In this document: positions 54,697-64,000 of the stretch, in pieces
Layout: every line of letters begins with the position of its first letter
How positions within the stretch are numbered: position 1 is the stretch's first letter
Source: Botryllus schlosseri
Lineage: Eukaryota
Length of the DNA: 64,000 nt
Direction: 5' to 3'
Assembly: GCA_051294905.1 (NCBI GenBank)
Contig: CM119372.1
Span: 26,166,001-26,230,000, forward strand
Program-made: the position numbers and the translations under genes
Notes under the pieces: generated by a model
What the model was told of the DNA's origin: nothing
The model's database searches: none
What the model saw: only the letters and a program-made list of their open reading frames with translations

Positions 54697-56154
54697 GTCT
54701 TTAATATGTACGCCGATCAGAGGAGTCACCGCTATTTGACTACGAGGATCTATTTGCAATGTTCCTGACTCGTAGTTGTTTAGATTTAAGACAGTGTGAC
54801 AGCATTAATACCAATACAAGCTGAAGTAGAAGACATATAGAACGTGATTTACAACTTTTCATCCCCAAAGGAATGTGGTAACTCAAATGACTTTTCCACA
54901 GCATATTATCAAAGATGATATTGGCCACAAGCAATTCGCGAGTTGGTACAAGTACCCATATAACTCAGCGCGCTGGAGACAGCTTGTGGGTCGGATAGTA
55001 TTACATTGATTTACGGTATCTTGAATGTGGCTTTGAAAGTGGATGATTTTATTTGTCATCACAACAAGGCATAGGCGGATTAAATATAGTCGATAATTTT
55101 CTGCGAAACAATGCAATTATTTAGAGTATGGATTTACTATGGAATAGCTAACCTGATTTATAGGGGTATTCTTCTTATTTGTAATTTGATGCTGGTTTCC
55201 GTATAGTTGATTGGATTGTGTAGCTGCCAGGTTCAGGGTCAAATTCTTGAAGGTTAATTTAAGTGCTCACGGGAGGTCGCATCGTGTGACCATGGCATGT
55301 GTTTGTGAAACTTTCATTCGCATTCGTCTCTGATCATTTGCGACTGTTTCTCACAACTCACGATACTAATATTCTTTGCTATGTATAACTTCAATCTATC
55401 AGCAAGCTATATAAGTAGAAAGCAATCGTTTATATTACCGTATAATAACGAGAGTATATGTTTACTATACTTCTAAATACGCCTTGGGTCACGTCAATGA
55501 CTGTTACTCTATCATCGAAAACGGAGCACCTAATGTCGCTTCTATAACTCATCTTTCAATACCGTGTACATATTTAGTTCACTCGATGATAGATATAAGA
55601 ACTTGTGATTGCGACAATTCATTCTGCGTCTGCAAATGATATTATCATCACACGCGCTTGTGCTGTGACGAATCATATTAGGGGCGTGCAGTATTATTTT
55701 TCGAAGTATATGGTGCTAGTTTGGCTATAAACGCTTCATGCCACAGCTGACCAAACAAGCATAGACTGGAACAACCCTCATGATTCCTCGATTTGAAAAT
55801 ATGTGCGAAACAAACTAATGTCTGGATTTATCTTCGTAGCACCAAGCGTTAACAGCTGCCTCTGTCGAAATACTGGCTCTTTTAGATTTTGAAGATTATC
55901 TGTGCCACATGTTTGAACTATTCGGGAGTAGCAGCTACAAAGACTTGCCTAGCGAATTATAGTTCAATATGTGTCTAAAATCGATATACATTTAGTCCAT
56001 GTGTCTGAATCATTAGCATGGGTGATCTGAACTGTGGATTAGATTTCATAATAGCTTTATCGGTCATAAGTTTGATAGCGAGTAAAGGGGCGCGTATGTA
56101 ATATTTATTATTAGGTAAATTTAATTTTCGCACGAAGGGTTCGATGGTTCCTAA

Positions 56155-56311
56155 ACGTTTTAGTGGCATCTCGCGACGCAATGCCTTGCACATCCAAATG
56201 AATGCATTTTTAATGTTAGTATGCTACGTTTTACCGGCATCTCGCCACGCAATGCCTTGCACATCCAAATGAATGCATTTCTAATGTTAGTATACTACGT
56301 TTTACCGGCAT
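56155..56311 (+). repeat. 71-bp tandem repeat, about 2.2 copies
   Basis: Units start at 56155, 56226 and 56297 (acgtttta..ggcatctcgc.acgcaatgccttgcacatccaaatgaatgc...). Confidence 0.9.
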
Positions 56312-57486
56312 GTATGACATATAGTATACGTGGGTACAACCAGTTGTACGAAATTCCGTTCTATGGAAAATGTGTCAGTCACGCACACGATTTCAAATTG
56401 GGTGCATTATTTACCTCTACGGGTGGAATTTGTACTGCGGGGCTCAGATTGCAAGGACGGGAGTGCCGATATTTTCGACGACTAGACAGACATACCGATA
56501 TCGAAGGTTTTCGCCAACCCGCGCGAAAAGGTTTTACCGCCGCCGATCTTTTAGGCACGGCGCTATTACCGATATTGGCCAAAAATACTCTGCCCGAGTA
56601 TTACCTTCCGGCTGTACCAATGTCGGACTTAGCTTATCATGACATCAAACCAATTTGAATAATACAAAGTTCGGCATATTTTCATGATCCAGCCATATTG
56701 CATTGACCAGTTTTCTGCGTGTCTCGCTTATTGGTCATAGTACCCGATACAGCGAGCGTGAGTCTGTACAAACTATCTACAGAAGATGGCGCAAAGCGCG
56801 CCAAGAATTTTCTGTTGGAAGAAATATAGAAAATATTAGTTGCGTATAATTAAAATATCACTGATCACCTTGATTTGCCGTACGTTTGTTACTGTTAAAA
56901 GTTGAGCTGCTTTCACGCCGAGCGAAGTATGAGTCTTTATGCGTAGCCGCATCGCCACGAGACATGTGTGGCGGGGTGAACACAGCTCTGACGACCACCG
57001 TGATAGTCGACTACCAGATCTTATTTGTTTATAATGTACCTCGATATTTCGGCTTATACTACTGCTAATCTGTCCTTAACGTCATGAGACATTCTACACA
57101 GGAAGTTCAAAGGTCAAATATGCACAAGATCGTTGCTGTCGTGAACTGCAATGCTTATGCAGTGCGTAATGTTAACGTTTACGCGAAAGATCTCCCGATT
57201 ATTCTGTATTAGCAATTCAAGCCATCGGCTCGTGATTAGATTTGGCGATAATATCAAGTGAAAAAGTGTTCAAAATTGTACAGACTTCGATAAAAAACTG
57301 AACTCGTACGTATGAGGCTTATGGTACCAGTGCTCTGATTTAACGCAGTAAATTTGTATTGCGTCTGCACGTGTAATGTTTTTTTATTTATTCATTTTCC
57401 TATTATATTCCCGAAAATTCCGCATTTGTATCTAATCCACTGTTGTTATTGGCAGTATTTTCGGACAGAGGTGAACTAGTCACTAT

Positions 57487-57848
57487 AGGGATCGTGCGAA
57501 CTCCCGATAGGTTCTGGTTCGTATGAACGCGAACCTTTTTGAAAGGTTATGTGTGAACGCGAACGTGAACCTATGACGTCACGTGACGTCATATTGCTAA
57601 TTCCAACCCTACATATCAGTGAAGCGATACTGTAAACGATACCTAGCGATGACTCATGCCACATTATGCCACAGTGCTGAAGTAAATGCTGGCATTTTAA
57701 ACGTTACCAAATTTATGAACTGCCGCAATCAAATACCACATTAATCCCATAAAATGAATATCTTTCGTCGCTGTACCAACAATTTCGACACGGGCTTGCA
57801 ATGGAATATAAAGTTACGTCTTAATATTCTAGGCCAGACCGGACACTG
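57487..57848 (+). mobile_element. Family B MITE, left-end fragment
   Basis: Aligns to about 15996-16358. Confidence 0.85.
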
Positions 57849-59313
57849 TATTCGGCTTCTGACTATCGCTTCATTGATACTGAAACCCGTGCTTGCTATA
57901 CCCTTCTTGTATATGATTTATCATAGGGTATTCAAGTCATGCTGATTACAAGCCTGGTACTACCTAGTATCTACCTACATGTCGTGGATTTAGTTGTCAG
58001 TCAAGGCATAATGTCATAATCGTTTAGGAGATATTTTGTCAAATCCGCGGAGCGGTACAAGTTCAAATCTACCAATATATCAATCCAGGTCTTGTCCTAT
58101 AAACCGGATTATGAATCAAAGTACTTTCCGTCGTATTCATCATGGTCATTGACAGATATGCAATGGTATCTATAGATACGCAATGGATACGCTATTATGC
58201 ACGTATGGATGTCACTTTTGGTGCGATAAATACGAGTGAGGTACAGATAGAGAGTGTATATATTTGACCTGTCTTTCGCAGAAATATTTGTCTATATAGT
58301 CATTTACCTACAATGCAATCTTATGCCAGTCAACCTTTTTTTATAATATTCATTCAGCTGTAGAGTCACGGAAAAGATCGAGAAGGCATGCTTCAGTTCC
58401 GGTGGATTTCGAAATAACCATGTGCTTTCTATCATTCAGACATTTATTTAAATTACATTTTTGAGGTATGATATGAAAAGATATGAAGTCCGAACACATC
58501 ATGGGAGGACTCCTGATCTGCATAACGGTACGTGACGCTCATCTTATCCCATTCTTATCAAAATTCTTAGACCGCATAGGTCGGTGTGATTGCATGTATC
58601 TTATATCAGGTCAATCTGCACCACTGGTGGGTCCGCAACACATATGTGTGTACTTGTGTGTATACTCTACAGGCGATCTGAAATCTTGGGTGATAAACTT
58701 ACCCTTGTATATGATTGAGCGTAATTCAACCCTGGCATTGCTAAAGTAAGAGTAACATGATGCTATACTTGTGCGATCACCTTTGACCTGGGTGATGCTG
58801 CCGTAAAAATGGGACATAACCCTTTAAATCCACTTTGGGTTTGACCTAATTAAATAATTATGATTTAAAACGTGATTTGAAGACATTGGTATTCTGCCAA
58901 GTATATACGTGTAGTGGAGTTAAAACAGCCGAACAAAAACTATATAACCTAAAAATCGTCGATGCCTATATGGAATATTTCATAGGTATGTGTTTGAGTA
59001 ATTCTATATTTTTTATAATTTAATAATTCATATAATTAATATATTTTATATTAATTATACAAATATACATGTCTACAGCACGGCGCAATGTTTCACTAGG
59101 TAATGAATTACGTAGTCTATTAGTCTTTGGACTCATGTATGTCTGTTTGTATGGCTGGGCCAGACCAAAGACATGATAAGTAACACTGGTATCTATGAAT
59201 TCACCGCTTGGCACTCAGCATTACCGGGAAAAGATGGAGGGGTGGTGCAAGACTTAAAAAGGCTATATCTGAGACCTTCCCTGTCGGGCGGCATATACAC
59301 ATCATGTATGTAT

Positions 59314-59743
59314 TAGTGCTTAGCATTGACCGGAGCAAGATTGGATATCTAACCGGATCTTTTTAATTTTAACCGGAGCCGGACCTGAGCCGGATCAGTA
59401 CTTTTTCTGATACGGCTAGAATCTTTATTGATAAGCATATGCATGACTTTTGTCACTAAATAACTACCAACCAACCACACGCAAGCAACCAACCAACCAC
59501 CAAACCAGTGCGAAAATAAACGAGCTATATTTATGAATTCACGGAACCACCGTACCGTGTAGGGCGGAGCATGGACCGGAGCCAGATTGGATATCCGGCC
59601 GGACTTTTTCATTTTTATCGGGAGTCGGATCGGAGCCGGAGCAGTACTTTCCTGATACCGGAGACGGGTCGGAGCCGGACTAGAGAATTAAAAAAACAGG
59701 ATCGGAATCGGACCAGAAATTTTGTCGATCCGCTTTCGCACTA
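59314..59743. mobile_element. MITE with CCGGA(G/T) subterminal repeats
   Basis: Ends tagtgc / gcacta; many ccgga motifs; TSD only 5/8. Confidence 0.55.
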
Positions 59744-59842
59744 GTGTATAATCTGTATATCATGAGTCGGTGTGTATGCCGCAAAGGCATCAAGGACAAA
59801 AATATACACAACGGCCATTTCAAAATATTTACAAATATCAAA

Positions 59843-60378
59843 TGGCGAGATAACGTAGTAGTATGTTCAACAGCTGCAACAGCAATGGGTGGTGAGTAGG
59901 GCTGGGCAAAATCGAGTACCCGAGTAATTCGATTCTGATTCACGTATTATGCTTCGAATCGAGTAGTCAACTGTCAAGTATCACACATTATGACGTCATA
60001 GCCGACTGTATTATGTGAAAGTTCAAATATGTACCGTTTATGCCACCACAAAGAATATAATGCCTGTTATCCATCACATAAAAGATACTTTCACTGGGGA
60101 GAAGCGTATCATTTCAGTACTCGAAAAAATAGTCTTTTACTACTCGACTCGAATCATTAAAATTAATACGCGATTCAGATTCGAGCACTCGAATCATTGT
60201 GTCCAGCCCTAGTGGTGAGGTGGAGTCCAATTGTGGTCTACTGCAGAATTCTTTTTGAAATACTGGAGTATTCTATAGGCTATATTCTATAGGCTCCTCC
60301 TCGCCATCGGATCCGCGAAAGCGGTGCCTTACAAAAGCTTAGAACGAAAGCGAACCGTGCTACAAGTCGGCTGCTACG
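59843..60378 (+). mobile_element. SINE copy interrupted by a hAT MITE
   Basis: Head tggcgagata.cg.agt.gtat...gctgcaaca.caatgggt; body resumes after 60219 (aggctcctcctcgcca...gcggtg.cttacaaaagc). Confidence 0.8.
59897..60211. mobile_element. hAT MITE inside the SINE
   Basis: TIRs tagggctgggca / tgtccagcccta; perfect TSD gtggtgag. Confidence 0.92.
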
Positions 60379-60686
60379 TTACTTAACCCAACGTGCTTGA
60401 TTGCATTTATCTTCAAATTATAGCATGTTCTGTATGTTTCCTAATTCCACTCATGTTTCACACGGTACCATTTAGTTTAGATATCCAAAGATGATACTTT
60501 TCTTTTCAGCCAGTTACGTCAGACTTCAGTCCGATATCTGTCCGACGCCTGTTATCGATTGCTGTGTTCAGAGTAAACGCAATTCGCTTCTACTTTGAAG
60601 TCCAACTATTCAAGTGTTACATGAAGCCGTTGCCAGTACATAATATGTAGCGTACACATGGTGTAAATGTAATATGCCCGTTTCAG

Positions 60687-60824
60687 ATTTTCACTGCCGC
60701 TGAGGCCTTGGACAGTTGCAACGTCAGATCAACTCCCAGGAATGGATTACTCGGTCAAATCGAGATTAATTGCAAAGCTTTGAATCTGACAAGATTCCCA
60801 GAAGCAGATGCACTGAAATTACAG
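60687..60824 (+). CDS. LRR protein exon, N-terminal cap (LRRNT-like)
   Basis: tttcag|...CAG|gtacaa; 138 bp; IFTAAEALDSCNVR...EINCKALNLTRFPEADALKLQ; phase 0 into the next exon. Confidence 0.8.
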
Positions 60825-61448
60825 GTACAATCAACTCATATTACAATACAACGTTAATAGTGCTCCAGACCTCAATTCGCTTCAATCATAAAACTGCTTT
60901 GTAGTAAGTGGATACGACTTCACCAATGTTACCGAACGTGACTGGCGGGTATGTTTACGATACAACAAGATTTGTACTGAGGTATATTATCATTGACCGA
61001 TGAGTCAATAAAGTGAGATGTCATCGCATCACATAATCTTGTGCGGTGATAGATGCTGTTTCATACAGTCTTGAATCAAATTGGTTAATATCAAAAAGCG
61101 ACATTAAGATTTTAATTGCCAAATATAACTATCTTATTGAATAAGTGTCCCTGGCATGATCTTGATGGTAGGCTTATCAAAAACAAGTCTTCAGTATTAG
61201 GTTATTGTTCCGTGCATGACGTCATATAAATCGTAATCCAAATCCTGGCGCGACCCGGAATCCCAAAGTCGGGTAGCCCGGTAAATAATATAATTGGGTC
61301 ACCACGTGTCCTCCTACAACTACAACTACTGTGATTAGCGATACCGGAAATGAAGTTACCTATGAAGTTGTTATTTTCTCCCGTGTATATGTTTAAATGA
61401 TGTGCGATCAAGGGGTTCGCCCGGAATTACCGAGTCTTTTTCTTTCAG

Positions 61449-61591
61449 GCTGAAATAATCAATCTCCAGTACAATCGTATCGAAATTATTCATTCCGGCA
61501 CCCTGGATAACTACTGGACCGTACAGAAACTCAATCTCACTGGCAACGCCATCAAACGTGTTGACAGTGATGCGTTCGCAGGAGCGATACG
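61449..61591 (+). CDS. LRR protein exon (2 LRRs)
   Basis: tttttctttcag|...CG|gtaagc; AEIINLQYNRIEIIHSGTLDNYWTVQKLNLTGNAIKRVDSDAFAGAIR. Confidence 0.9.
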
Positions 61592-61959
61592 GTAAGCCAC
61601 TGCCTTCTGTAGAGGGGTAGCTATAGGTAGATTATACTTGTCAAACAAGAACTTGAAATTATTGGATAGCATTGATGGGATTAGCTGCACGTTGACATTA
61701 ACTTCGTCAGATGCGATTTACAGATTGTCGAGTTTGATTGAGGCTGTTGACGGAAACCGTAACAATCCGTCCAATTATCCCTCGGTCAGAGTGCATACGT
61801 ATGATCCAGTTTGATGTATATCCTTTATTTTGTTACGGATGTTGATTTGAAGCACGGTACAGGATTCCATTTTCAGTTTTATTTTACTTTCCATCCCTTA
61901 CGATCCCTTACGCAATTTCACATTTTTATATCCTAATCACTTTATGCTGTATAGGCCTA

Positions 61960-62456
61960 CACACTTGGACAACTAAATAATTCTAGTTGTCTAATTATAC
62001 TAATTAGAGCGAAATGCCTGTAACCTAATTCTAATCTAATTTGCGTAATGTGACTTTGCTCTAATTTCAATTCTAATCTAATTTCTGCCGATTCAATTTC
62101 CAAGTTAGTAATTCTAATCCTAATCTAAATCGGGAAAAAAATATTTGAGGAACTTCTTGGAGGTACAGAACTTCAGTGTGCGATTGAATAGTATATTAAT
62201 ATTGGGATGAACCCGAATATTTTCGGCTGACACTCGTCAGGGGTGATCGTCACCAAATGGTAGAGAAGTGTAAAGAACATCGTATATCAACAATCGTATC
62301 ACTATATAGTTAAAATTCTAATTCTAATTTAATTTGAAAAACAAACTGAGCAGATATTATCATAATTATTATCTAATTTGTAAGTAACAGAGTAGCTATA
62401 ATTCTAATTATAATCTAAATTGGAATAGCTGAAAATTCTCCAGTTGTTCAAGTCTA
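61960..62456. mobile_element. Intronic MITE with CTAAT-rich subterminal repeats
   Basis: Ends acttggacaact / agttgttcaagt. Confidence 0.6.
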
Positions 62457-62586
62457 TGTGCACAAATAACTGAGAAAGATGCAGATAAATGTGATGATGA
62501 CCAGTATAGCCAGTATACCCTATTGATTCTCAGGTCACTAGTTTATCACGTTAAAAATGACCCGAGAACTTGCATTCACGTTGCAG

Positions 62587-62774
62587 CCTGGAAAAGTTGG
62601 ATTTGTCGGCCAATATCATCCGCACGCTTGACCTGACGAAAATGAGCGAATCGTTGACGCGGTTATCTCTATCGCGAAATTTGTTGCGTCGCGTACCGCG
62701 CAATCTTACCCGTCTCAGCAATTTGAAACATCTGGATTTATCGCATAATTATTTCATCAGTAACATTCCTAAAG
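62587..62774 (+). CDS. LRR protein exon (3 LRRs); gene probably continues downstream
   Basis: ttgcag|...AAG|gtatgg; phase-2 join restores Arg; LEKLDLSANIIRTL...LTRLSLSRNLLRRVP..LTRLSNLKHLDLSHN. Confidence 0.9.
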
Positions 62775-62845
62775 GTATGGTTTACGTGTCATGTCGAACG
62801 TACTTATTCGGTATGCGGTGGATATCAACACGCCATAGAATACAT

Positions 62846-63251
62846 CAGTGGTTCCCAACGTTGGCTATATCTCCCCCCAGTGGGCGATTTTAAGAAACAG
62901 GAGGGCGAAAACACCAAAGGGGGCGAGTTGGCGGCTAAAATTTCTGAACGTACGGAGAGAGATATTTAATTAACACGGTCAAAAAGTGTACGTGGAGACA
63001 GCTTATTCTGTATATGACGCGAAAGTTGACTAAAAATAAGGTCAACTCAGCGGGAAATGGACGCGGAAGCCGGTTTACCGAGAACCTACTCGGGAAAATG
63101 ACATTCATTTCTAGTCAATTCACCAGCGATCAGAATTAGGTGAAAAATATCCCGTTTACATGTCCGCTTTTTCGGATCCGTAAATATGGTGTGGGGGATT
63201 TGTGTTGATCTAGATAAGGGAGCGATGAGTCGAGAAGGTTGGGAACCACTG
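62846..63251. mobile_element. Intronic hAT MITE with family A-type TIRs
   Basis: cagtggttcccaac / gttgggaaccactg; TSD gaatacat / gaatagat. Confidence 0.9.
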
Positions 63252-64000
63252 GAATAGATGAAAGCAGGCAGATTTGATGAATGCGATCAAGCATATAGTT
63301 GATCCCTGATTCAAGCCTGATAAGATATGAGTTATGATGACATAGGCGTAGCCAAAGGGCAAATGGGATATGCGCCCCTCCCAAAATTTATCGTGAAGTA
63401 ACATAAAGAGTATTTTTCGCCCGATTTATTCAACTTGATGTTTTTCCGCGTCGCTAATGGTATGTCCAGATGCCGCATAGTGCTGCTATTGCAATCGGGA
63501 GCCCGCCGTACATAGGTCAGAGGAAAATATCGCACCAGGTGAAGAAATGAGAATTTGAACTATTATTAGTGTCGCTAGAGGAGTTTTTCATTTAGTGTGT
63601 TCTAGTATGTGTGAACATCAGGAATACTATACACCAGTGTTTACCAAACTATTTTACACAACTCCCCATGGTCTGTAAGCCCGGTATCGAACACCCAAAA
63701 TTTCCCTCCTCCTCCCGAAAGAATATTTGGCCGATTGCACGGTCATTATATTGTGGCGTATACCTAATGGGAAGCCCGATATACGTTTTGTGCGCTATGT
63801 CAGAGTCACATTTTGTACGAATTATTTGACAGACACAATCAGTGAGAATAATCATACACGGCAATTTCTCTTTCAAATCATCGTACTTTGCTTTAGCGCG
63901 ACATGCGCTTAAAACTTCATTGTTGTCTTGTCAATGCGTTTAAATGTGTGTTCAGCTCGTAACTTGCGCTAAATAATTGTAACTGCACTGAAAAAATAGT

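Noticed and set aside
54740..54861. Second signal-peptide-like short ORF (MKSCKSRSICLLLQLVLVLML...)
   Set aside because: It stops after 40 aa, and the hydrophobic stretch coincides with a polypyrimidine acceptor tract.

Overview
This is AT-rich eukaryotic (metazoan) genomic DNA, not prokaryotic. It has no operons, CRISPR arrays or rRNA genes, and almost all ORFs in the supplied track are spurious. The non-depleted CpG, dense MITEs and TGACGTCA-bearing repeats suggest an invertebrate, possibly a tunicate (inference only). The window is dominated by non-autonomous DNA transposons (mostly hAT, with readable 8-bp TSDs, several nested) and a tRNA-derived SINE family. At 21459-25040 lies a fully resolvable nested structure. 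It is a 5'-truncated Penelope-like element (RT + GIY-YIG) with an 11-bp TSD, interrupted by a hAT MITE and by a 5'-truncated RNase H-bearing LINE, and ending in a minimal type-I hammerhead-ribozyme-like motif. The best-supported host gene is a + strand LRR protein with three phase-compatible exons (60687-62774) that probably continues downstream. There is also a candidate - strand secreted-protein gene starting at 54696. I found no convincing novel multi-gene system. All coordinates were read by eye and no database searches were run.
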